The position numbers were made by a program, and so were the translations under genes. Below the pieces are notes generated by a model. It ran no database searches. It had not been told where the DNA came from and was given only the letters and a program-made list of their open reading frames with translations. Below, one piece after another: positions 10,020 through 19,719 of a stretch of 64,000 nt of DNA. The DNA comes from Pseudobdellovibrionaceae bacterium (GTDB taxonomy: Bacteria > Bdellovibrionota > Bdellovibrionia > Bdellovibrionales > UBA1609). The stretch lies in contig JABJQG010000020.1 in assembly GCA_018663505.1 (NCBI GenBank), positions 152,152-216,151 on the forward strand. Direction: 5' to 3'. How positions within the stretch are numbered: position 1 is the stretch's first letter; each line of letters opens with the position of its first letter.

Positions 10020-10236
10020 AGATAGGATTATTTGAAGGGGTTGTTGAAGCTTATAAGAGTTTGGGGATCCCCAAGTCGGCCTGTGAACCAGTACCTTAGC
10101 TTCGGCGGGTTACATGCTCAATTATAGGGGTTTTTCTAAAAACATCCACTGATGCCGTAGACAGCTGAAACGGTAAGGCGTCAGTGTATTGAAATTTTTA
10201 CATATATATAAGGAAAATTGATCTCTATATTGGTCT

Positions 10237-11475
10237 TTAGATCTCTTTTTCTAAGTGGTCACAGATCATTTCTGCAATTTTTGATTTACCAGTGGCCTTT
10301 ACTTGGCCCTTAGCCCACACAAAATAGGCCACCTGTTGTCCCTCAGGCCCTTTGTCCTCACCTCGATTAGCTACCACCGCATGATGACCTTTCTGAATCC
10401 TCTGCTGAGCAATATCCATAAGCTCTGTGTGTGAGAGATTTTCTTCGTATTTAAAGCTAACTATCTTTGAATGAGGTGAGCAGTCATAAATTAAATCCAC
10501 AACTTTATCGGTACTTATGAGGTCAATTGATCTCAACTCACCCTGACTCTTGGTTTTACCTTCTAAAACTACCTTAGGCTGATAATCAGCCACTGCTGCT
10601 GACAATATAGAGAATTCTGGGTTATGATTTTTAACCCAGTTCACACAATAGTCTTTATAATCCTCGTAGCTACTCACTCGATTTACATTTAAATAAGTGG
10701 GTACTTGAATTTTTGAACCACTCAGTAAGTAATGAACATTTGCTCCTCTTAAGTGCAGCTCCTTAGACAGCTCCATACCCAGTTTTCCTGTAAAAATATT
10801 TGTAATTCTTCTAATGGAATCAATGGCCACGGGTGTGTTACCGCCTGTAACAAATATACTTTTACCTTTTAATTTAGATTGGCTTAAAACTCTAATACAT
10901 TCAGAAACAATAGTATCAATATTTGGTAAATTATTTTTACCAAAATCCTGACGTGGTTTAATAAACTGAACCCCTAATTGACTTAATTTCTTCATATTTT
11001 CTGTTAAAATAGAATTATGCATATCCCCATGCATTGTTGGAGCAATGAGTGCTTGAACATTTCCACGCTCAACATTCCCTATGACAGCAGCCATAGTTGT
11101 GGGAATTAAACTGTCAGCAGTGCCTGAAGCAATTTTATTAATAGTGTTATAGGTAGCAGGGGCAATTAAAAATAAATCAAAGGTCTCTTTAGAGTTGAGA
11201 TGCTCTGCCCGAGGTGTTAACCCTGTGATAATTGGTCTATCTGAACTCCACTCTAGACTATCCGCAGCCGCATATTTTAGGGCTTCGCTAGATGCATAGA
11301 TTGTAATTTTAGCGCCATGTCTACGTAGTTCTCTTGCTAAAAGTGGAGCCTTCATGGAGGCTACACCACCACAAATCATTAAGGCAATATTTTTACCTTC
11401 TAAATGATTTGATAAACTAAAAACATCATGATCTGAAAGATTTGATTTTTTAGGTGGGGTAAAATCCCATGTCAT
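10237..11475 (-). CDS. coaBC: bifunctional phosphopantothenoylcysteine decarboxylase / phosphopantothenate-cysteine ligase
   Basis: 412 aa. N-terminal flavoprotein block (NIALMICGGVASMKAPLLARELRRHGA). C-terminal DFP ligase block (FVTGGNT..IDSIRRITNIFTGKLG). Confidence 0.85.
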   Translation of the reverse strand: MTWDFTPPKKSNLSDHDVFSLSNHLEGKNIALMICGGVASMKAPLLARELRRHGAKITIYASSEALKYAAADSLEWSSDRPIITGLTPRAEHLNSKETFDLFLIAPATYNTINKIASGTADSLIPTTMAAVIGNVERGNVQALIAPTMHGDMHNSILTENMKKLSQLGVQFIKPRQDFGKNNLPNIDTIVSECIRVLSQSKLKGKSIFVTGGNTPVAIDSIRRITNIFTGKLGMELSKELHLRGANVHYLLSGSKIQVPTYLNVNRVSSYEDYKDYCVNWVKNHNPEFSILSAAVADYQPKVVLEGKTKSQGELRSIDLISTDKVVDLIYDCSPHSKIVSFKYEENLSHTELMDIAQQRIQKGHHAVVANRGEDKGPEGQQVAYFVWAKGQVKATGKSKIAEMICDHLEKEI

Positions 11476-12482
11476 AATTTCAATCCCTTAAGCTTAAATA
11501 AACGTGAAACTGAATAAACTCGGTTAACAACTTGGTTTAATTTTTCGTTTTCCATCATCTGAAGCATTGCAAACTCTGAGGGGTGGTTTTGTTTTAAATA
11601 ATTAAAGCAAAGTTTTTCAATCTCATCCACGTTTTTACAATACTTTCCGTTAAGCCTAACATAACTCATACAAATATTAAAAATATTAATGACAAATGTA
11701 GGGACTTTTTGCCTTTTGTTAAAAACAAAATCTAAGTTCTGTTTAATATCCCCATTGTCTTTTACAATATGATCCTTATCTAAGTTTAAACACGCATGAT
11801 TAACACCGTCAAAAACCACAGGCTCGCCCTGTTGCTCTAAGTGCATAGTGCTCAAGCTGAGCTCTAAATCATCTGTGGCATCTAATTTGATCCATTTACC
11901 ATTTAAAAAAACCTGAGCATACACATGATTAGATTCATCGCTTACAAGGTGATAGAATCTCTTAAATCCTAAAGGTCCAAAATACTCCTTGGTTTTTACC
12001 CGCATGACAGAAAATCCCGAATTAAAGCCAGAACTTCTTAAAAGGGAAACTAAAACATTTGCTTTATTTAAACAAGAACCGAAACCTTTAACTATAGTAC
12101 GCGAGGCATTATCCTTATTTAAACCAACTTGATATTTAATTTTATTTTTTGTCCAATTAAATATGACCTTTACTTTTTCTTTATCACAAGTAAGACCTGC
12201 TGTGAGTTCAAAACTAATATCTTTAATCATCTGTGAGTGGACATCAGTAAACTCACTTTCTAATAATAAACTTTTGCACGGTTTATCAGTTTGCTCAATA
12301 AATCTATTCTTAAAAGTGTTTGGAATCTCTTGAGAAAACTCTGTGGGTTGACTTATGGTATCAACTTGAACCTCTAGCAAACCGGGTTCAAGCCCTATAC
12401 CGTCAATATTACTGATCAACTGGGATTCTCCGTTTTCACTCACTTCGTTCATATTTAAAATTTCCACTATATGTTCTGACAA
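11472..12482 (-). CDS. transglutaminase-like (Cys-His-Asp core) domain protein
   Basis: 336 aa. GFGSCLNKANVLVSLLRSSGF (Cys), HVYAQVFLNGKWIKLDATDD (His/Asp). Its stop overlaps the coaBC start by 4 nt. Confidence 0.7.
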   Translation of the reverse strand: MSEHIVEILNMNEVSENGESQLISNIDGIGLEPGLLEVQVDTISQPTEFSQEIPNTFKNRFIEQTDKPCKSLLLESEFTDVHSQMIKDISFELTAGLTCDKEKVKVIFNWTKNKIKYQVGLNKDNASRTIVKGFGSCLNKANVLVSLLRSSGFNSGFSVMRVKTKEYFGPLGFKRFYHLVSDESNHVYAQVFLNGKWIKLDATDDLELSLSTMHLEQQGEPVVFDGVNHACLNLDKDHIVKDNGDIKQNLDFVFNKRQKVPTFVINIFNICMSYVRLNGKYCKNVDEIEKLCFNYLKQNHPSEFAMLQMMENEKLNQVVNRVYSVSRLFKLKGLKL

Positions 12483-12763
12483 TACTTACTCTTTTCAAAA
12501 AATGTTTATTAGTGATTTTAAACATCAAAATACAGCTTATAAACAAAGGTTCATCTTATGTTTATACTCGGAAAGACATTTCACATTTTCAAGCAAATAG
12601 CTAAGTCCTAGATGAATGTTAGTAATAAGACTTAACTAAATTCATAAGGAACTGTGTATAGTTTTGACACTAATTTAGTCTTAGTTAATGAGAATTCTGC
12701 ATTAAGATATTCGTTTGATATTAATTGTATCAAAATGGGTAAATATCGGAAACTACTGTATAA

Positions 12764-14107
12764 TTGTTCTCAATTTCCCGACCAGTCAAAGGTATGAAAA
12801 ATAAAATATTTAATACAAATACAATAAGAAATCAAATCTATAAGGATTGGGTTTTGCACAACCAAAGTAGGTATGCGAAAAGTTATTCCATCTTTCCAAT
12901 TGCGGTTATGACTCTTTTGATTTTTTTTGACTTATTTGCATTAGATAACCCTAGACCATTTCTTATAATTAGAGCCGTTTCCATTGTTTTATTATCTATT
13001 AACAGTGTCAGTGTATTTTTTTTGTTAAATAAATTAAAAAATGATAATCAAAAATATATAGCCACTACTATTTCACTAATGACAACAGGTGTGATCTTAA
13101 TTACAGATTACCTTATTTTTTCATTTTACTTGAAGCACAATGCTTTTTTCTCTTACTTTACCGGTCTGCTACTTATAACCGCCTTTACAACTTTTTTAGC
13201 ATATAGACTCAGAAGAACACAGATATATTTCTCAATATTTTGTACAATCACAGGACTTTTATCTTTTTATTCCATAGAACATGTTAATTTTAAAATCATA
13301 TATCTTATTACTATTTTTGTTAGCATATTTATGTCCACTTACTTTAGAGCTGAGTTTGTTAAAACTTTAGAAAATAGATACCTTAGCTTAAAAGCCATTG
13401 TTCCAAAACGAATTGCAAAATACATGATTACACATAATAGCCCAGACATAGAGGGTGCTTTCGAAGGTAAAAATAGGTTCGTGGTGTGTTTATGCTCAGA
13501 CTGGCGAAATTATCAACAAATCCTAGAACAGTATCCTCCCGAGTATATCACAAAAGTTACTGAAGAGTTTTATGATAAAGTTTTCGCTAAACTTGATGAA
13601 ATATCACCCGATGGCCAATACTTCCCTAATTGGACGGCTGACGAACTCTTTATAGTATTTTATAGCGAATCCAAGGAGTACGACCAAAAAATTGTTAATG
13701 AATCCTTACTATTTGCTAAAGCCCTTGCGGGAGAAATCTTTCTAGAAGTCCGATATGACTTTGATGTGGATCTAAAATATGATATCGGAATGGCATCAGG
13801 GGTAGGCTTTCTTGGAGTACAAGGCCCTAAGAAACTTAAAAAAACAACCATTACATCTGAAGCTGCCGGAGTTTCAAAGCGTTTAGAAACAGAAGCTAAG
13901 GAACTCAGAAAAGTGGATCCCACAAATGCAAACCCAGTGCTTCTGTTGGACCAAACCCTATACATTGCTTCTCTGGAAGATAAGGTTTTCACATCAAAAG
14001 AGTTCCAAGAAATAAACGCCAGCACCAAAAATATTTTAGGAAAACGTTTTTATAAAATACAAAATTCCTATTTAGATATTTTTAATATTGTTAAAAAAAT
14101 ATCTTGA
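12764..14107 (+). CDS. multi-TM protein with C-terminal class III nucleotidyl-cyclase-like (possibly degenerate) domain
   Basis: 447 aa from a TTG start; ATG at 12794 (MKNKIF) is the more likely start. About 6 TM segments. The C-terminal domain aligns by eye to cyclase blocks: FVVCLCSDWRNY, TADELFIVF, IGMASGVGFLGVQGP, SEAAGVSKRLE. Confidence 0.45.
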   Translation: MFSISRPVKGMKNKIFNTNTIRNQIYKDWVLHNQSRYAKSYSIFPIAVMTLLIFFDLFALDNPRPFLIIRAVSIVLLSINSVSVFFLLNKLKNDNQKYIATTISLMTTGVILITDYLIFSFYLKHNAFFSYFTGLLLITAFTTFLAYRLRRTQIYFSIFCTITGLLSFYSIEHVNFKIIYLITIFVSIFMSTYFRAEFVKTLENRYLSLKAIVPKRIAKYMITHNSPDIEGAFEGKNRFVVCLCSDWRNYQQILEQYPPEYITKVTEEFYDKVFAKLDEISPDGQYFPNWTADELFIVFYSESKEYDQKIVNESLLFAKALAGEIFLEVRYDFDVDLKYDIGMASGVGFLGVQGPKKLKKTTITSEAAGVSKRLETEAKELRKVDPTNANPVLLLDQTLYIASLEDKVFTSKEFQEINASTKNILGKRFYKIQNSYLDIFNIVKKIS

Positions 14108-14142
14108 AAATATGTGTAATTTTCGATTAAGAATAATTTTTT

Positions 14143-14174
14143 ATTCAGCCAAGCCAAAAGCCTGAATTTTATTT
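14143..14174 (+). terminator. rho-independent terminator candidate
   Basis: Imperfect hairpin ATTCAGCC-N9-GCCTGAAT followed by TTTTATTT, about 36 nt after the stop of the 12764..14107 gene. Confidence 0.4.
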
Positions 14175-14205
14175 CAAATCACCCGAGGACTATTTCAATT
14201 CCCAT

Positions 14206-14619
14206 TTACAACTGTGGCATCATAAAAAACAAGGCCATTCCTGAAATAGAAGAAAAAATCCAGATAGCAAGAGTGACCTTAGCTAATTTTCTATGTTTTG
14301 CCAATTGTTGAGTTACCCCCCAGTAAACCGAAGGAACACTAAGTATTGCCGAACTCATAGCTGCAAGTATATGAAGAATTAAAAATATGAAGAAAGGTTT
14401 TAGCCATAAACCAAAATGTTCCCGCATATCACTTTTTACAATGGCAAACCCATGACTGTATCGGTGTTCTACAAATAGAGTAACTAATACTATGGACATA
14501 AACAGAGCTAGGAACATACAAAACTTATGCAAGGTCACTTTTTTATTTCGAATGGCCCAATATCCAAAAAGTAAAAATACTAAGCTAAAAGCATTAAAAA
14601 TAAGAGTAAAAATAGGCAT
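14206..14619 (-). CDS. DUF420-family membrane protein (cytochrome oxidase-associated, CtaM-like)
   Basis: 137 aa with 4 TM segments. FNAFSLVFLLFGYWAIRNKKVTLHKFCMFLALFMS fits the DUF420 N-terminal pattern. Sits at the distal end of the cox cluster. Confidence 0.6.
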   Translation of the reverse strand: MPIFTLIFNAFSLVFLLFGYWAIRNKKVTLHKFCMFLALFMSIVLVTLFVEHRYSHGFAIVKSDMREHFGLWLKPFFIFLILHILAAMSSAILSVPSVYWGVTQQLAKHRKLAKVTLAIWIFSSISGMALFFMMPQL

Positions 14620-14646
14620 ACAACCTCCTATGGAGTGAAGATATAA

Positions 14647-15195
14647 TCATTGATTTATCATATCAAGTATTGTTTTAAGCTTCACACTGTTCACGGGACC
14701 CTTTATATGAAGTAAAACAGAGTTATCTACACCTAACAAAAAGCTTTGTGGTAATGCTGAAACACTCATACTTCTCTGTAACCCTTCTGTAAAATCAAAA
14801 TAAAGTGGGTAAATATTATCCTTAACTTTACCTGATGATTTTAAATCAGCCTCTGTATCGGATGTTGCCACAGAAAGAAACTCAACTTTGTTTTTAGGCA
14901 GTGCCCTCCATAGCTCCACAAGAACTGCACGCTCTGTTGCACACACACCGCACCACGATGCCCAAAAATTAATAAACTTAATTTTACTATTATTTATAAG
15001 TAAACTTGCCTGTACCTTTTTGTTTTTAGCGAAGTCTTCATGTAGTCGAACTAATTGGAGGTTAGAGTTCACGTTGTAATAATTTAGTTTCTGTTCATCA
15101 ATCAGTTGAAAAATTATAAAACCAATGACTGATAAAATCAGAGTTGCAACTATTAATCTGGAGGAGTTCATCTGTAAATACAGGTTTGTTTTCAC
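14647..15195 (-). CDS. TlpA/ResA-like thioredoxin-fold thiol:disulfide oxidoreductase
   Basis: 182 aa. N-terminal TM anchor and a WCGVC active site (NFWASWCGVCATE). Confidence 0.75.
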   Translation of the reverse strand: MKTNLYLQMNSSRLIVATLILSVIGFIIFQLIDEQKLNYYNVNSNLQLVRLHEDFAKNKKVQASLLINNSKIKFINFWASWCGVCATERAVLVELWRALPKNKVEFLSVATSDTEADLKSSGKVKDNIYPLYFDFTEGLQRSMSVSALPQSFLLGVDNSVLLHIKGPVNSVKLKTILDMINQ

Positions 15196-15198
15196 TAT

Positions 15199-15429
15199 TT
15201 ATTCTTGAGTGTTTGTACTGCTAGCATCAGCATCATTGAGTTGCTTGATTTTTTTTCTTACAAAAATACCCACACCAGCTAGCATAGCTAATGGAACAAG
15301 CGTCATTAGTATGGTCGTTGCCATATAAACCATACGACTTCCATCTTCCCCAAAACCACATACTGCGCAAGCAAGCAAAGATTGAGGTAAGGTTAAAAAA
15401 GTAAGAATAAATATAGTTTTTAAATTCAT
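15199..15429 (-). CDS. small exported/membrane protein with CxxC motif
   Basis: 76 aa. Signal-like N-terminus ending LLACAVCGFGEDGS, then a C-terminal TM. Only 3 nt from the TlpA-like gene. Confidence 0.5.
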   Translation of the reverse strand: MNLKTIFILTFLTLPQSLLACAVCGFGEDGSRMVYMATTILMTLVPLAMLAGVGIFVRKKIKQLNDADASSTNTQE

Positions 15430-15475
15430 AATAATACTGTCCTTTTATTGATCACAGCAAAAACTGCTTCAATGT

Positions 15476-16057
15476 TTAGCTAAAATAAACCAAACCATAC
15501 AACAGAGGCCATACACCAACAATGAAAAACCAAAATATTTGCAATATATAGATACCGTTTATACCTAAATGCCCTTTTTTTAAATTAACATATCCATATA
15601 ACAACACAAAAGCACCAATTAGGGCATGAGCACCGTGAGAGCCAATAATAAGAAAAAATAGAGCGCTAAAAATACCTGATTTAACAGTCAATCCATAACT
15701 CATTAAACTTACCCATTCATAACCTTGAATAGCTACAAAAGTGAGGCCCAATAAACTGGACACTAATACTAATTTTGAACTTGTGGAAACATCCGTCTTT
15801 GAATACTTTTTTGCCGCTAAAAATAAGAACACTCCGCTTAGAAGCAAAATAAAAGTATTCACCCCTGTCATGGCCACTGGTAAGGTGATGTTGTTTGGAA
15901 GCTCCCAGCCCCCTCTATCTTTTCTGATGACTAAAAATGAGCTAATCAGGCCGATAAAGAACATCACTTCTGTGATAACAAAGATCATCATAGCAAATAT
16001 ATTACTTGGTATGATTGGTTTTCTACGAGTTATTTGTGAACCGAGTACATTTTCCAT
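15476..16057 (-). CDS. heme-copper oxidase subunit III-like protein (second copy)
   Basis: 193 aa with 5 TM segments. GYEWVSL, FFLIIGSHGAHALIG and WFFIVGVWPLLYGLVY parallel subunit III blocks. Confidence 0.7.
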   Translation of the reverse strand: MENVLGSQITRRKPIIPSNIFAMMIFVITEVMFFIGLISSFLVIRKDRGGWELPNNITLPVAMTGVNTFILLLSGVFLFLAAKKYSKTDVSTSSKLVLVSSLLGLTFVAIQGYEWVSLMSYGLTVKSGIFSALFFLIIGSHGAHALIGAFVLLYGYVNLKKGHLGINGIYILQIFWFFIVGVWPLLYGLVYFS

Positions 16058-16105
16058 TATTACCTCTTTTAAATGCCTCCGCTAATTGTTAATCAAGATG
16101 TGGTA

Positions 16106-16435
16106 TTAGTGCGAAGCCTTTGTTTTTTCAACTTTATAAACTTTCTTTTCCCAATGCTGCCCCTTAGAGTTCATTACATCTCCGGCAACTCCGAAGTAGA
16201 ATAGAACACAGGCAAGAAACATTGAGCCTAACATATAGCTTACTATTTTCTTTTCAACATTTAAGTGCATAAATTCTTTAGCCACCACAAATGCCTTCAC
16301 ACCAGCAATTCCAAAAGCTGTAATGAGGGTTAACCAACGAATTTCAAAGGCGGGTCCAATAACTGAAATTGCAAATAGAACCAATAATAAGAACCAAACT
16401 TTTACATATTTTTTAGGTGAAGATCCTGCGCTCAT
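16106..16435 (-). CDS. cytochrome c oxidase subunit IV-like small membrane protein
   Basis: 109 aa with 3 TM segments. Position between the subunit III genes and the KYVKVWFLLLVLFAISV / KEFMHL blocks fit the prokaryotic subunit IV family. Confidence 0.6.
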   Translation of the reverse strand: MSAGSSPKKYVKVWFLLLVLFAISVIGPAFEIRWLTLITAFGIAGVKAFVVAKEFMHLNVEKKIVSYMLGSMFLACVLFYFGVAGDVMNSKGQHWEKKVYKVEKTKASH

Positions 16436-16458
16436 TTATAATATCCTTATTTAAAACG

Positions 16459-17037
16459 TTATTTTGCAATATATAATAGTGGAAATAGAAAAATCCAAAC
16501 AATATCAACAAAGTGCCAATAAAGCCCAATAAGCTCTGCTCTATGCATATTTTTACCCTTTTTAAGGTCAAATGAAATGAAGGCCATAATCACCACCCCA
16601 CCAATAATATGAAGCCCATGAATGCCGGCTGCCACATAATAGAAGGACCAAAACAAACTTTTACTAATTGTATAACCTTGAGCTATTTCATGAGTCCATT
16701 CGTAAGATTTAAAACACAAAAATAAGGCACCACCTAGTATTGTTAGCCACATATATTTAAATGCTTTATCTCGGTCCCCTTTTTCTGCCCAATAATGCGA
16801 TAAGACCACAAACAAACTAGATGTTAAAAGAACAAAAGTGTTGGTAGCACCAATGACTACATTTGTATGTTCGGCTTCATTGGCCCAATCACCATGTAGT
16901 AATCTCATCATAATATAACTGGCTAAAAGACCGCCGAAAATGACAATCTCAGATCCTATAAGCCACCATACGGCTAGCTTTCCTGTTAGAATGCCTGTGG
17001 CACTTCTTCTTGTTGCTATTGGTTGAACTATACCCAC
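16459..17037 (-). CDS. ctaE: cytochrome c oxidase subunit III
   Basis: 192 aa. SYEWTHE, FYYVAAGIHGLHIIGG, YWHFVDIVWIFLFPLLY. Confidence 0.85.
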   Translation of the reverse strand: MGIVQPIATRRSATGILTGKLAVWWLIGSEIVIFGGLLASYIMMRLLHGDWANEAEHTNVVIGATNTFVLLTSSLFVVLSHYWAEKGDRDKAFKYMWLTILGGALFLCFKSYEWTHEIAQGYTISKSLFWSFYYVAAGIHGLHIIGGVVIMAFISFDLKKGKNMHRAELIGLYWHFVDIVWIFLFPLLYIAK

Positions 17038-17063
17038 CGCTTTTATCTCCTTTTAAAACTTAA

Positions 17064-18743
17064 TTAAGACTCTTCGTTTTGTGGCCAATAATCATCTTTA
17101 CGGCCTTCCATTTTTCCATATTCATAAGGCCCACGATAACATGTGGGAAGTTCCTTAAAGTTTCCGTGTGGAGCTGGTGATGTTGCCACCCATTCCAAAG
17201 TATTAGCTTTCCATGGGTTATTTCCCGCGATTTTTCCTTTTTTCCAACTGGTTACAAAGTTGTAGAGAAAAGGTATTTGGGAAACAAGCATTGCTATTAA
17301 GCCCATAGTAGCAACCACTCGCAAGTTCTGCATTCCGTCTGTGGCTAACTGAGGAAAGTTTTCATAGTTATAAATCCGACGATGTTGCCCAGAGGCCCCT
17401 AATATAAATAATGGGATAAAAATTATATTAAAAGAAATTACTGTTCCCCAGAAGTGTATTTTACCTAAGGTTTCATTCATTAAGCGCCCAAACATTTTTG
17501 GGTACCAATAGTAGATAGCTGCAAACACAGAAATAATGGCTATGGGAACAAATGTATAATGAAAATGTGCTAATACAAAGTATGTGTCGTGGAAATATAT
17601 ATCAGATCCACTTGCCCCTAAAAATATACCAGTAACCCCACCTAGTAAAAACTCAACCAAAAAAGCTAATGCAAATAACATGGCTGTGGTGAACTCAATG
17701 GACCCTTTATACAAAGTAGCAATGTATACAAAACACATTTCAGCTATGGGAATAGAAATAATTACTGTGGTTACAGTAAAAATATTAGCCATTCTAGGAT
17801 CTATACCAGATACAAACTGATGATGGGCCCATACAAAGAAACTCAAAATACCCGTTGCTATAGCTGTATTTAAAACAGTTTTATAAGCAAATAATTTTTT
17901 ACGAGAAAATGTAGTCATAACCTCAGCAACGATGCCCATTGCTGGCAGAAGAACCACATATACTTCTGGGTGACCAAAGAACCAAAATAAATGCTGCCAC
18001 AAAACCGGGTCGCCACCCTTTGCCGGATCAAAGAAACCGATGCTCATGGTTTGATCTAATAAAAGCATTATAGCCCCAGCTATTAACGGCCCCACTGATG
18101 CCATAAATAAAATTGAAGCTAAAACAATCATCCATACAACTATTGGAATGTCGTACATCTTCATACCAGGTGCGCGCGAGTTCATTAAAGTTGTGATAAA
18201 ATTAATTCCACCCATTAAAAAGGCTACAAACTCTAAAGCAACTGCCACTAACCACAAGATAGATCCCCATGGGGTTAAGTTATAGTTCGCATTGGCTGAC
18301 AAGGGAGGATATGCCGTCCATGCTCCACCAAATCCGCCACCCTGAACAAAGAAGGATGCGATTAATACTAACGCAGAAATCAAGAAGATCTGGTAAGACA
18401 ATCTGTTAAGTCGTGGAAAAACCATATCATCACAACCAATCATTAGCGGAATCAAGAAGTTCCCAAAGGCTGCAATTAGAACGGGCATGGCCACCCAGAA
18501 AATCATAATTGAACCATGGTTAGTAACTAAAGCATTGTATTCTGCAGAGTTCACTATACCCCAGCCCAAAACTTCTGCTCCAGGAAAGGCCAATTGCATA
18601 CGAAATACATATACAAAAAATCCACCAATTAAAGCCATTAACATTCCAGTAAATAGGTACTGCATGCCAATTACTTTATGGTCCACGGAAAAAATATATT
18701 TTTCCCAAATACTTTGTTCGTGATGATCGTGATCGTTACTCAT
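17064..18743 (-). CDS. ctaD: cytochrome c oxidase subunit I
   Basis: 559 aa. WFFGHPEVYVVLLPAMG, HHQF, YFVLAHFHY: canonical heme-copper oxidase subunit I ligand blocks. Confidence 0.95.
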   Translation of the reverse strand: MSNDHDHHEQSIWEKYIFSVDHKVIGMQYLFTGMLMALIGGFFVYVFRMQLAFPGAEVLGWGIVNSAEYNALVTNHGSIMIFWVAMPVLIAAFGNFLIPLMIGCDDMVFPRLNRLSYQIFLISALVLIASFFVQGGGFGGAWTAYPPLSANANYNLTPWGSILWLVAVALEFVAFLMGGINFITTLMNSRAPGMKMYDIPIVVWMIVLASILFMASVGPLIAGAIMLLLDQTMSIGFFDPAKGGDPVLWQHLFWFFGHPEVYVVLLPAMGIVAEVMTTFSRKKLFAYKTVLNTAIATGILSFFVWAHHQFVSGIDPRMANIFTVTTVIISIPIAEMCFVYIATLYKGSIEFTTAMLFALAFLVEFLLGGVTGIFLGASGSDIYFHDTYFVLAHFHYTFVPIAIISVFAAIYYWYPKMFGRLMNETLGKIHFWGTVISFNIIFIPLFILGASGQHRRIYNYENFPQLATDGMQNLRVVATMGLIAMLVSQIPFLYNFVTSWKKGKIAGNNPWKANTLEWVATSPAPHGNFKELPTCYRGPYEYGKMEGRKDDYWPQNEES

Positions 18744-18868
18744 AAAATCTAACTTCCTTCTTTAATTTTTTAAACACTCTTAACTAAATACTTTCATCTC
18801 ATTTTGTGGATTCATTTCTTAACTATGTATAAGCAATGAATTTCATAGGTACCAATAGGAACCCAAAT

Positions 18869-19558
18869 TTACTGCACTTGGCTTAGTGTTTCCCCTTGTC
18901 CATTTACAGATTGAATCCATTTATTATGATCCTCTTCGCTTTCTACATATAGTTGAGAACCCATAATACCATGACCTATGCCACACATTTCTGCGCACTG
19001 AATATCATACTGCCCTGTCTTAATAGGTTTAAACCAACCTGTAATAACCCGTCCAGGAACAGCATCTTGCTTTAAACGAAACACAGGAATAGAAAAACTA
19101 TGCATTACATCCTCAGATTCTAATTTAAAGTGATAAGTTGTGTTTACCTTTAAATGCAGCTCATCAATCATTTCAATGTCATCTTCTGTTCCTAATTGTT
19201 TGTCTGCTCCCGGGTGTACAAACTTCCATGACCATTGGTAACCTACAACTCTTATGGTCTCGTCTGGTTGAGGAAAATCCTGTTTCACATTATACCAAAC
19301 TTTTACGGCAAAAAAGATAATCACAATATCGCAAACTAAAACGGCAATGTGGGGCCAATGTACCCACTTAACTAACTCAGGCTCTTCCCCAGTGATATAC
19401 TCTGATTGGGCTTGGTTTTTACGTGAATATTTAAAAATAAAGTAAAAGAGGACAAATTCGGCTACAAAAAACCAAAAACCAGCGAGAACGGCAATTATAA
19501 TAATTAAGCCGTCAATGTCAGCTGCAAAACTTGAAGCTTGTTCGATTAAAAAATTCAC
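18869..19558 (-). CDS. ctaC: cytochrome c oxidase subunit II (CuA, no fused cytochrome c domain)
   Basis: 229 aa with 2 N-terminal TM segments. CuA site: DVMHSFSIP ... CAEMCGIGHGIM. Confidence 0.9.
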   Translation of the reverse strand: MNFLIEQASSFAADIDGLIIIIAVLAGFWFFVAEFVLFYFIFKYSRKNQAQSEYITGEEPELVKWVHWPHIAVLVCDIVIIFFAVKVWYNVKQDFPQPDETIRVVGYQWSWKFVHPGADKQLGTEDDIEMIDELHLKVNTTYHFKLESEDVMHSFSIPVFRLKQDAVPGRVITGWFKPIKTGQYDIQCAEMCGIGHGIMGSQLYVESEEDHNKWIQSVNGQGETLSQVQ

Positions 19559-19583
19559 TTTAGATTTCCTTTATTATTAATTG

Positions 19584-19694
19584 TTATCGAATCACAAAAA
19601 TGTAAGCGGCTAGCGAGTACAAAACAACGCCAATTACGGTTAGATAAAATAATTTGCGGGACACCTTTGTTGCTTCGTCCATATCTTCTTTCAT
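19584..19694 (-). CDS. candidate 36-aa single-TM micro-protein between the cytochrome c and coxII genes
   Basis: Hand-translated, below the ORF-track size cutoff: MKEDMDEATKVSRKLFYLTVIGVVLYSLAAYIFVIR. Hydrophobic core, and fills the gap in a tightly packed operon. Confidence 0.35.
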   Translation of the reverse strand: MKEDMDEATKVSRKLFYLTVIGVVLYSLAAYIFVIR

Positions 19695-19719
19695 GAATCT
19701 CTATCCTTATTTAAATATG

